DNA from: Paragordius varius
Lineage: Eukaryota; Animalia; Nematomorpha
Direction: 5' to 3'
DNA: 64,000 nt
NCBI GenBank assembly: GCA_964247055.1
Contig: OZ176059.1
Location: 1,054,001 to 1,118,000 of the forward strand
Under the pieces are notes generated by a model that saw only the letters and a program-made list of their open reading frames with translations, was not told the DNA's origin and made no database searches. Both the position numbers and the translations under genes were made by a program. Below, one piece after another: positions 1 through 10,431 of this stretch (position 1 is the first letter of the stretch; each line of letters begins with the position of its first letter).

Positions 1-80
1 CAGGGGGCACCTTTTATTAAAAGCCATTATAATAATTTTTTGCCCTAGAAAATTCATTTTCCTCTGCCTGTGTCCGCCTC

Positions 81-388
81 CATTGTGAATTTTTTCCGCA
101 TAACTTGTGTAAATTAGTTAGATTGGGGTAAATTTGGTATAAAACCTTCATGGAAATTAATCAATCCTCAAAAAGATCGCAATTCAGTTTTATTTGATGG
201 TGGGCATTTTTGAATGGCCTCTAATTTTTCATCGGTAGGTTAAATATCTTTCCCAGAGATTACATAACCCATGTATTACCTCGGGAATCGCCATTTGGAG
301 TTTATCCTTGCGTAATCGCAATCCGGCCTCTTGTAACCGGCTTAAAACAACCCTTAGTCTTTTATCATGTTCCTCGCAAGTGGCACAT
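81..388 (-). mobile_element. Ty3/Gypsy pol fragment (RT C-terminal part into connection region), decayed
   Basis: Minus strand translates, with frameshifts, to EEHDKRLRVVLSRLQEAGLRLRKDK...MGYVISG...PTDEKLEAIQKCPPSNKTELRSF...FIPNL...LHKL, the typical Gypsy RT sequence after YxDD. It directly abuts the left viral arm at 389. Confidence 0.85.
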
Positions 389-1578
389 AGAATTCCTATT
401 AACAAGGGCTAACTTTGCTTGCCGCTGTTCATTGTAAGGTATTAATGATGCTTTCTGTACAGCAAGAGACAACATATCCCTGACATGAGTCTCCATCTTT
501 GGCAATATTCTGGTCATGTAGTCTGTCACTGTCTTTTCATAAGGTCTGTTTAACTCATTTGTGAACCAATCACCTTTTGAGGCTAGCGATTCTCCCTTTG
601 CCAAGTCCTTTAAACATAAATTATAGATTCTGTTCAATAACTCTCTTTGCAGGAAGGCTTAGTACGAATTCTTCTTCTGTCAAAAGATAGGCAAAGTTTT
701 TATACAATTGATCCCCGGTTGTAGGGAACACGTCAACTAATTTCTCGCAAGTAACTCTGTTCATTGAAATGGTATTATCGTCCCATGTGTTGTTCTTTGA
801 TGAAGACCACTTTTTGAATAATTATCACCAAGCAAACACAGGGGAAAATTACTAATCTGCAGATCGTGTTCCTGAGATTAGATCATCCCAATGTATGGCT
901 TACCTTCAATTCGTCTACTTGCCTCATACAATTTTTTAAGTTCTTCCTTCCATACTTGTCCGGCCGACTTTAGAAAATCATCTCCCAAGCCTAATATGGA
1001 ACAATCAAATGTCACACTCTGAATATGGTAGTGCTATAAACCAACAATAACTGAGTCACCAGGGCTTTTTCCCAGTCACAATAATAATAAATCTTCCAGA
1101 GTTTGAGAGAAGAATAATCATGACCAGGTATGATATCTTCTTCTTTTATTGTTCTAGAGTAGGTTTCCTCTCTATCTCGAAGGAGGACCCATCCTACGAT
1201 TTCTGCCACTGTAGAATTACCAATCAATCCTCCTTCTCCTAATGCTTTCATGCCAATTTCGAATGCAGAGTCAGCTAGTAATTGTGCCCCACTTAAAGTA
1301 ACTGCACTAGAGCATCTCTTGGCTATCTGTTTATAAGCTGTTTCTTTGATAGTGTACGCTGGAGCTAGAGCACATATAGCTGTTACGACCAAGAAATCCC
1401 GAAGGGAGTCTTGATGTGAGCCTGTATACTTAGTCCTAGTTATAGAGCACCTATCACTTTCTATGGTTGTATAGTACTGATTTACCTGGGCCCATATATG
1501 AGGATATATTAAGAGAAGGACTGTAAGAACCTTCCACACAATACTTTCCTGAGACGTACGCACAGTCAATGACCGGAT
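389..1578 (-). pseudogene. Endogenous viral element, nucleoprotein (N)-like gene of a negative-strand RNA virus (left arm)
   Basis: About 390 codons can be rebuilt across stops and frameshifts. The central segment WKEELKKLYEASRRIEGKPYIGMI*SQEHDLQISNFP matches the E-x-x-L...PY(I/L)G-x-I...NFP pattern recalled from bornavirus/chuvirus-type N. Composition is purine-rich and less AT-biased than the host. Confidence 0.62.
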
Positions 1579-1625
1579 TTTAGTTATCTTTGTAACTTAC
1601 AAAATTAAAACTTATTCTACTCCCT

Positions 1626-1642
1626 CTGTTGCTTTTTTTATA
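1626..1642 (-). promoter_or_regulatory. Viral transcription stop/start gene junction TAT-AAAAAAA-GC-AACAG
   Basis: Minus strand reads ggTATAAAAAAAGCAACAGagg, between the stop of ORF 1691-2050 and the start of the N-like frame. It resembles the vesiculovirus junction TATG-A7-dinucleotide-AACAG. Confidence 0.7.
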
Positions 1643-1690
1643 CCTAATATAAATATATTAAGAGACACTCTAGATGAGCAGAACATTACA

Positions 1691-2050
1691 TCATTTGTAT
1701 TGGTACATATACCAAGAGAAGATTTCCACACGCTTAAATACTACTTTGTGCATCCAGTCATGAAGCATTCTGTGAAAAAATTGATCTTTTTTGATTATGG
1801 TACCTGGTGTATTCCAATATAGAGATGGACCTATCTCAATTGATAATAAACTTGTAAATCCTTCAGGGAAGTCCAAAAAGACATTTGATTGTTTACTGAT
1901 ATTGGTAGGAGACCCAAATGCGATCATATCTATATCAACCCAACAATTTGTGTTAGCAAGATGTCTTGATATATTACCCACTTGTTTGATGCAATTCTTC
2001 TCCAATGGCGGCACAGAATGAGCATCCACAAAAATTACTAACACATCCAC
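1691..2050 (-). pseudogene. Upstream viral ORF fragment of unassigned function (spacer of the inverted repeat)
   Basis: 119-aa open frame ending about 50 nt before the A7 stop signal; same composition as the N-like arms; no family recognised. Confidence 0.45.
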
Positions 2051-2102
2051 TGAGCATTACATTTTGACCAGTTATGAAAATGTTTTACTGGTTGTCTATT
2101 AC

Positions 2103-3277
2103 TCTCAGGGAAGTATTGTGTGTAAGGCTTTTACAGTCCTTCTCTTAATATATCCTCATATATGGGCCCAAGCGAATCAGTACTATACACCAATAGAAGG
2201 TGAAAGGAGCTCTATAACTAGGACTTACAGGCTCACATCAAGACTCCCTTCGGGATTTCTTGGTCGCAACAGCTATATGTGCTCTAGCTCCAGCGTACAC
2301 TATCAAAGAAACAGCTTATAAACAGATAGCCAAGAGATGCTCTAGTGCAGTTACTTTAAGTGGGGCACAATTACTAGCTGACTCTGCATTCGAAATTGGC
2401 ATGAAAGCATTAGGAGAAGGAGGATTGATTGGTAATTCTACAGTGGCAGAAATCGTAAGATGGGTCTTCCTTCGAGATAGAGAGGGAACCTACTCAGGAA
2501 AAATAAAAGAAGAAGATATCATACCTGGTCATGATTATTCTTCTCTCAAACTCTGAAAGATTTTTTACTATTGTGACTGGGCAAAAGCCCTGGTGACTCA
2601 GTTATTGTTGGTTTATAGCACTACCATATTCAGAGTGTGACATTTGATTGTTCCATATTAGGCTTGGGAGATGATTTTCTAAAGTCGGCCGGACAAGTAT
2701 GGAAGGAAGAACTTAAAAAATTGTATGAGGCAAGTAGACGAATTGAAGGTAAGCCATACATTGGGATGATCTAATCTCAGGAACACGATCTGCAGATTAG
2801 TAATTTTCCCCTGTGTTTGCTTGGTGATAATTATTCAAAAAGTGGTCTTCATCAAAGAACAACACATGGGACGCCTATAATACCAGTTCAATGAACAGAG
2901 TTACTTGCGAGAAATTAGTTAACGTGTTCCTTACAACCGGAGATCAATTGCATAAGAACTTTGCCTATCTTTTGACAGAAGAAGAATTTGTACTAAGCCT
3001 TCATGACAAGGACAACAAAGAAAAGTTATTGAACAGAATTTATAATTTATGTTTAAAAGACTTGGCAAAGGGAGCATCGCCAGCCTCAAAAGGTGAATGG
3101 TTCACAAATGAGTTAAACAGACGTTGTGAAAAGACAGTGACAGACTACATGACCAGAATATTGCCAAAGATGGAAACTCATGTCAGGGATATGTTGTCTC
3201 TTGCTGTACAGAAAGCATCATTAAAACCTGACAATAAACGGAGGCAAGCAAAGTTAGCCCTTGTTAATAGGAATTCT
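2103..3277 (+). pseudogene. Endogenous viral element, N-like gene (right arm)
   Basis: Inverted copy of 389-1554 (ORFs 2064-2321, 2260-2556, 2891-3313). It shares the same internal stops, has a private 5-nt deletion near 2226, and has extra bases near 3000-3015 that the left arm lacks. Confidence 0.62.
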
Positions 3278-4960
3278 GAAGATTTTCATGAATTTTTCTT
3301 GTATAGGTGTTAAAATGTAGAGGACATAAGCAATGTCTGGACCACATATTACCAAGAACAATTCGGAAAAATACATGATTTTAAAACAATAAACCAACCA
3401 CCAGCAAAAGGTCCCAGACCATTGATAACAGATGTAAGTGGCCTAGATGAAATATAACAAAGCAACTGTGGTCCATTTTAAATCAGCTCCGACATGATTA
3501 AAGCTTTACCCCCAATGCATTCATTTAACTAATATATTAAATCAAATCTTATCAACGAATCACATCCCTAATGATTGGTGAAAAAGCACCATCATTCCCA
3601 TTTAAACAAAACAAAGGGGACGACATACTCGTTTGTTCCTCCTACAAATCACTAAAATTGTTGGAGCACCCGTTAAAATTTTTTTGAATCCATTATTGAA
3701 TCAAAACCGAGATCAATCAGCAACATAGATGAATCGCAATATGCCTATAAACCAAACAGTAGCACAATTGATGCAATCTTTATTTAAAAATAAAAAACTA
3801 TATCATGTTATTATTGATTTACAAAGGGCCTTTGATTGTATCCCCAGGAAGTTAATCACATCCACACTACGACCCAACAACGTAGATGATTGGATAATCG
3901 AATCTATTGAAATGATGTACTACAAAACAACAAACTGCGTCAGATTAACACTAGGCAACACAGCTTTTGTTCCAAACGAATCTGGTCTTCATCAGGGCTC
4001 CATCCTAAGCCCTTTACTTTTCATTTTAATAATTGATTACCTAACAAAAGATATAAAACAAGGCCTACCATGGGAACTTATCTATGCGGACGACATTGTC
4101 CTCACCGCAACATCAATGGAAGAATTAAATCAAAAGTACAACACATGGAAATCACACTTAGAAAAGGGTGGAATGAAGATAAATATAAGCAAAACAAAGG
4201 TGCTGATAACGGGTGAAACTGTATATGATCGACCTAAGTTTCCATGTAGAGTATGTGATTTAGATGTAAAACAACTCAATTCAATCCTATGTACATCATG
4301 CAATAAGTGGGTACAGAAAAAATGCTCGCTTATAAAAGGGACATTAATCAACATAAATTTTATGTGAATCATGCAAAAATAAAACTATAAATCACTCATC
4401 CAATTCAATAAATTACCTTTATATGGCAGACGCCAAAATCGAATCGGTATATAATTTTAAATACTTGGGCGATGTCATACATTGCCTAGGTGGAATAAAC
4501 CAGTCAGTTCAATATAGATCCCAAAAGGCTTAGGTAAAATATCATCAACTTAATTTTGTGCTCAAAAATAAACACATATCAGCAAAAAACAAAGGTTTAA
4601 TCTACAAAGCCGGCATACGTCCCACACTCCTCTATGTAAGCGAGAGTTGGCCGATGACAGATTCATTTGAGAAAAAACTAATGAACACACTAAATTTATT
4701 CCACCCCAATAAGTCAAATTCAAATTTACATCAACTGTACCAAATCAAACCTTTAAATGTTATGCTCAGAAAAAATAGGTTTAGATATTTCGGACACATC
4801 AAACGGCTCCAGAACAATGGACAAATAAAATTATCCCTACATCCCGAAGGTAACAATCGCAGGGGTAGACCAACATTTGACTGGGAAAAAACAATAAATA
4901 ATGATTTAAATAGTGTTGCCAACATTGATGATGCACATATTACAGGCAGCTTCTATACAG
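3278..4960 (+). mobile_element. 5'-truncated, decayed non-LTR retrotransposon (RTE-like LINE, RT domain)
   Basis: IDLQRAFDCIPR, GLHQGSILSPLLF and LIYADDIVL motifs in ORF 3729-4367; Cys-rich finger after RT; C-terminal KGLIYKAGIRPTLLY...LRKNRFRYFGHIKR...RRGRPTFDW in ORF 4558-5091; multiple frameshifts. Confidence 0.92.
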
Positions 4961-5283
4961 ATACAATGGCTAGCCATTACACAAAAAACGACACATCATC
5001 AATAATTATTTGTGAACCATTTAATATGTTTTACGGCTATTTATTGAAGTTTTTGATTAAAAAGTTTTTAGAAATAAATATTGAAAATTAGCTGATCAAA
5101 AATAAAGGTTCCAAAATTCCGTTCCCATCTGCTTTTTTAAAAATATATTTTGAAACCGAAACATGGAACAAAAAATTACTTCAAAACAAAGATATTCCAT
5201 ATAGTTATGAAGGAATAAAATAAATTACGAATATTTTAATCAAGCTGATTGATATATATGCTTTTACTTAGGAAAAATCTAAT

Positions 5284-5646
5284 TCATACTTTTTTGAAAC
5301 CTGATGCCGTTTTGATTGAGAATTTGGTTGATACATCAGTGCATTTTGTGGTTGGTGTATAGAAAGTCAAAAATAATTTTTTATCTGATTCCTAAAATAT
5401 CAATTAGTTTTTACTTTACATAGGATTTGATTTAAATTATCGTTTGTGTTGTTTTCAATTAAAGGGTATCTAAAATAAACAAATGTGCACATACATTGTG
5501 GGTAATGATATTTGATAAATATGTGGTGGTTGGTTATCAACAAGGTATGATTCATCAATAATATGTGGTAATTGACCGTGTAAATTAAATAACATAAGAT
5601 TAGGCATTGCCTTTTTTTGCATTGTTCGGTTAAAATAGGCAAGCAT
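5284..5646 (-). CDS. Possible small micro-intron-containing gene or pseudogene fragment, product unknown
   Basis: Exons 5646-5495, 5469-5415 and 5391-5290 stay in frame (about 103 aa) across canonical 25-nt (gtatgt...ttttag) and 23-nt (gtaaaa...ttttag) introns. No homolog recognised; there is an in-frame stop just upstream. Confidence 0.27.
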
Positions 5647-6530
5647 GCGTTAACATGCGCCAAAATGTTGCAGCTGATTATTTTGATCCCGTAATCAGAA
5701 AAATGTATTTCCTTTGAAGCAATTTTTTAGGAAACCGCACACATTTATAAAATAAAAATTTGTTTCAAAAGTCTGTTTGTACAAAATAACCCTTTAGTAA
5801 TGTCTCACTACGCGTGAAAGTATGGATTTTAAAAAATTCTAAGTTTGAATCACGTTTCCGTAAAATGCATATTCCCTTTCTTCGGTCGCAACAGTTGTTA
5901 TTTTGAGTTCTTTTCGAAAGTGCCGAGGATTACATAGCCGTTTTTTAGAATGAGCTTCCAGATACCGTTTTTGGAAATAAGGTTTTTAAGCAATTATTGG
6001 ATTAAAGGCTGTTTTCTGGAAAATATAGGCCCAATAATTATCGGTAAACATTTTACATCATCTCAATGACGACAGAGCCAATTTTTGAACTCTTTTTTAC
6101 CTTATGGAAATGAGAATAAGCAAATATGGTTTCAGAAAACGCATAGGCTTATTCGATATAAATAATATATATTTTATCAGTTTTTCCACATAGATTTTTT
6201 TAAAAATTAGCACCTTGGTTGATATCCCAATAATTATTGCTTTTGAGGACACCTACCGGAAAAGGTGTAGGGGTAAACATTTAACATTCGGAGTTTTTTT
6301 TATCTTTTGGGAGTGAGCGAAGGACAGGTTATTCTTCTAAATTGAACGTTTCCTCACCAGTGAATACAAGTTTTGAACATATATGAAAGCTATTTCGAGG
6401 AAAACAAGCAGGCTCAAATTTATAATTAAATTTCGAGATTTTCACCAGATTTTGAAGAAAGCGAATGCGCTATTGTAACACACCATTACATTTTGGGACA
6501 GTTTTATTAGAGCCATTTGAAATTGAAAAT

Positions 6531-6800
6531 CTTAAAACTTAAAATAAAATTGGGGTATCTAAATAACCCAGACTATATTAAAGTTAATATTTTTAAAAAA
6601 CCACTGAAGGAAACGGTTCCATTTTAATTTATGATTCATAATAAAAATATAAATAAGTTAAAATATCTAAAAATTTCGTTTCATAAACATGTCATGTTCC
6701 CTAAATTTTTTCCATAAGTCACGTTAATATAAGTAATATCAGGTATGAATAAACTTTATTATATATTTCGGTTCATTAATGTTATATAAGTGCAAATTTT
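6531..6800 (+). repeat. Dispersed repeat; diverged inverted partner at 8801-9107
   Basis: cttaaaactt...aattggggtatctaaat and atataagtgcaaa are reverse complements of atttagataccccaatt...aagttttaag and tttgcacttatat at 8801-9107. Confidence 0.65.
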
Positions 6801-7862
6801 TGCCATGGTTTTATCGTTGCATATTTTTAAATTTTTTTATTTTAAACAAGCCTGGCGTAACCAACTTCCCCAATTTGAATCGAAAAAATTAAATGAGTGT
6901 GTTGTATCCAAGTTAAAAAATAGGTATTTAATAAATAAAAATATGCTTTTTTAGCCTTTTAGGCGCATCACAAAATTTTTTTCAAGAATGTAAAATCGTA
7001 AAAACTCAATAAAAATTTTTTTGCAGCCATATTTTTTCTATAATTTTTTATACGCTAATGCAATAGGCAAACAAATGTTTATTATGGATATGTAATATAA
7101 ACCATTATCAAACTTTCAGGCTACATTTTACCAACAAAATTTGTTGTATTTTTATTTTAATATCAGCCGTTCTTCCTAATCGTGAGGCCTTAATTTTAGA
7201 CTTTAGGAGTCATAAAACTATAAAGAGCTTTTTTATTTAATACATGAAAACATATAATTAAATTATAACTAAAATAACTTTCAACAGTGTTGTTTATTTA
7301 CAAAATTGAGCTCTGGGATATAGAACAACCCTGAAATATAATCAAGGAAAATGTTGAAAGGTAGTGAGGTGTTCAAATTTTCTCTTAACCCCGTGTTAAA
7401 ATAAGGACATCTAAACATAATTTGGCTTCTTTTCGAGATTTAAGGTGATTTCATGTTTATACACTCTATATCTTTTAAATTTAGCTTTTTCCTAACACTA
7501 ATTTAACAAATATAATTAGAATTTTTAAATACATTTTTAAAGATTCAAAACAAAACTTTAATCTAACAGTTTTGTTTTATTTAATTTTTATCTCTTATTA
7601 AATAAAAAATAGATCATACTAGCCAATGACTACCGAAAAATTATAATTTTTAATAATTGATTGATGTGTCAATATTTTTAGCTATCAGCATTATAACATT
7701 CTAGCGGAAATAACTTTTTAAATAATCTTGAACATAAATATTCTAAATTTTTTTCGATAGTTATATCAAATAAATTTGCCTTAATTAAGCCTGTCTCATC
7801 TTTATAACTCTCTGTTATAAATGTTTTTATAATACGTAGACGTGCGATAATTTAACGCATTC

Positions 7863-8371
7863 ATGTTGCCACATATTTTGACCACACTCTTGGTAACTTT
7901 GATTGATTTTGCTTATGGAGAATCAAATAACTGTTATGATAAAGGCTTTATAGCTGTTCAATGTGAGGATTGCGAAAAATTTGATAATAAAACGGCAATT
8001 TATGATGATTGTAAGGGATGTTGTTTGAAAACTTTATCTGAGGATAGTCAGGATTCAGTATAATTATAAATCTTATTAAATAGTCGTTTATATCAGCAAA
8101 ATTGGTTGTATGTGGATGAAAATTAAAAGCTTATCCTCAAATTCATGGTTTTAATAAATTATATATTTAAGCATTTGTAACGAGTGAAAAGATTGCAAAT
8201 TATCCGATGTTAGAAGTTGTGTATAGAGGAGGTGCCCTCCCAGCCCTTGAACTAACCCAATCTGACGGTTCTGTAAAAGTACAAGCTATAGATGCATGGA
8301 CCACTGATGCTTTGGAAGAATTTTTAAAGAAAACTTTTCCAAACAATATTTTAACGTCTGATGAATTGTAA
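7863..8371 (+). CDS. SELENOF: Selenoprotein F (Sep15), 152 aa, Sec encoded by TGA 8117-8119
   Basis: Exons 7863-8057, 8084-8147, 8172-8371. Signal peptide, Cys-rich domain (C...CEDC...CKGCC), redox motif VCGUKLKAYPQIHAFV, thioredoxin-like C-terminus (IDAWTTDALEEFL), ends SDEL. Confidence 0.96.
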
Positions 8372-8401
8372 ATCATGCAACATTTTTACTACTTTGTATA
8401 C

Positions 8402-8487
8402 TTTGATGTGTTAATGTTATCAATATATGACGATATAATTGTTAAAATATATGCAATTATATCTGAAACCTGGTCATTAACATCAAA
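8402..8487 (+). promoter_or_regulatory. SECIS element in the SELENOF 3' UTR
   Basis: ATGA at 8427-8430; 10-bp helix II GATATAATTG/CAATTATATC (8432-8441/8454-8463); unpaired AAAA in the apical loop; TGAA at 8464-8467; helix I tttgatg..ttaatg/cattaacatcaaa. Confidence 0.93.
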
Positions 8488-9442
8488 ATATATATGGTAT
8501 AAATTGGTCATAATAAACTTTGACACTAAATTTTTGGTTATTCTACATATTGTTAAAATTTATGATTAATTTTTATGGTTAACGCGAATAAATTGTTAAT
8601 TTTTTGTAAATGATTTTATTCGAATTGTAACATCTTTTGATTTGAATCCATTTTTCGTTTTAAAATAAAATCTTGAATCAAAAAAGGATTCCATTAACAT
8701 TTGGAACAATACATTCATTTCAGTGATACAAATTGTTGGATACCCCAGGCCTGTGTAAAATTAAATACTTCAAAAAATATGGAAGGGATCGAATCATGAT
8801 AAAAGTTTGCACTTATATGACATTTAATAATCGAAATATAATAAAAATTTATTAAAAATATTTGATATTACTTCTTTTAAGGTAATGCTTAAAGATAAAA
8901 ATTTGGTCAACATGACAGGTGTGCATTAGCTTAATTAATACATTTATTTCTATCAATGTTAGATGGTTAACTTTAATTTTAGCTTAAATACTAAATTAAC
9001 ATGATATTTTGCAAAAAAGTTGTAAAATAAAGATGGCTTCGAAGTAATTTGATATGGAACTTTTTTCTGGGGATTTAGATACCCCAATTTGACTCGAAGT
9101 TTTAAGAAAATTATTTAAATGTCACAAAACGATGATTAATTAGTTAGAGAGAATGTAAAGGACAATAAGTGACCAATAAGGTTAAGCATTTTTGTCGAAT
9201 ATGCTTTATGAATTTTCATATTAACGACAGTGGCCCACCCAATTAATACAAAGGCGAATAGCTATACGCTTGACTTTATAAAAGACAATATAACGAGAAC
9301 ACGAAAGAGTTTAAAAGTTTTTGAAAAATAAAAATGTCTCGATAAACTATTTCTGGGCATAGAATTTTTACTAAAAAACGCTATTACTTATTTGGATCTG
9401 AACACGGTCCATGAACTGATATGATGCGAATCTACTAATATA

Positions 9443-9619
9443 CAGTATGCATTTTAATGGTTGCTTATTTCACACTATAGTAGGGCGATTTGCAAAACAA
9501 TAGTGTATGGGAAAAACAACAAAATGTTGAAAAAACAATTATTTCCTTTCTTTTTTCCATACAGTTCTGTGTTGGGCCCAACTATAGTGTGAAATAAGCA
9601 ACCATTAAAATGCATACTC
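9443..9619. mobile_element. TA-flanked palindromic MITE (CAGTATGCATTTTAATGG termini); second copy 28674-28857
   Basis: About 40-bp terminal inverted repeats; a closely similar copy lies in a BRCA2 intron. Confidence 0.85.
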
Positions 9620-10431
9620 TTTGATTATAATAATCATGGCGGATATCCCCTTGTTCGAATAAAAACTCTGGGGCGATTGAGGGAGTTTGGATCATAATGT
9701 TTCATTGTAACATATTTAAGTGCCAGTTGATGAATCGAATATGCTGTAAGTTGTTTAATCTGATCTTAATACCGTAACTTAGGCCTTACATATTTTCTAG
9801 AGGCTCTTGCCTAACATGGTCCCTTTTTCAATATTTTAAGACAATCAAACTCTGATCCTAGTTGTGACTAGTCACGCGTAGCTCTGTTCCAATCGAAACC
9901 AAAATCATTAGTGAATTGATACTTAATTTTTCTGAAACAAAAGTAAAAAAGTGTTTTTCAATAGTCTATAAGGTAAGATAATTATGAAAAAATTCCGATA
10001 TTTACAACCATTCAACGCATATTTTTTTAACAGGTATGAATGAAATTTTTTGGATATTTCCTAATTAATAAATCACTCATCCATAGAAATAATGTGTTAG
10101 AATAAATTATTGTTATATATTTAAATATATTTGTTGGTTTATTTTATGTTTTACATTGAACAAAATTTACTTATAATAAACGAAAATTATGTTAGATATG
10201 TATTCAATATTACTGAATATGCAAAATTCCAAGCAAGATAATTTGGAATGAATGTATACATAATATAGAAAAGCCCAGAAGCTTTTTAGTTGGAGAGGCT
10301 AAATAAGGAATTATTTAGGATATTTCTATTAAAACGATAATACATTGTCTCATATATCCAAAAAGTTGCGTTGTCATGTTCGATCGGATATCGATACGAC
10401 CTCCACTAGCACCAGCTTTCTGAATTCGAAT

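Larger units (their letters stand above)
389..3277. repeat. Long inverted repeat: arms 389-1554 and 2103-3277, 548-nt unique spacer
   Basis: Outer ends agaattcctattaac (389) and gttaataggaattct (3277); inner ends ...ctttcctgaga (1554) and tctcagggaag (2103). The ORF track shows the same peptides on opposite strands. Confidence 0.97.

Noticed and set aside
1680-2080. Cys-rich alternative frames (SGCVSNFCGCSFC; ECFMTGC) suggesting a viral glycoprotein
   Set aside because: Short and interrupted by stops; the long open frame is a different one, so glycoprotein identity is not supported.
5290-5325. TASGFKK resembling a BRC repeat near BRCA2
   Set aside because: The rest of the BRC consensus is missing and the host ORF itself is uncertain.
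6110-6150. QIWFQ resembling homeobox helix 3 or mariner WFQQD
   Set aside because: No flanking homeodomain or transposase residues, and nearby stops.
8375-8569. 64-aa ORF after SELENOF
   Set aside because: It overlaps the SECIS-containing 3' UTR; AT-rich chance ORF.
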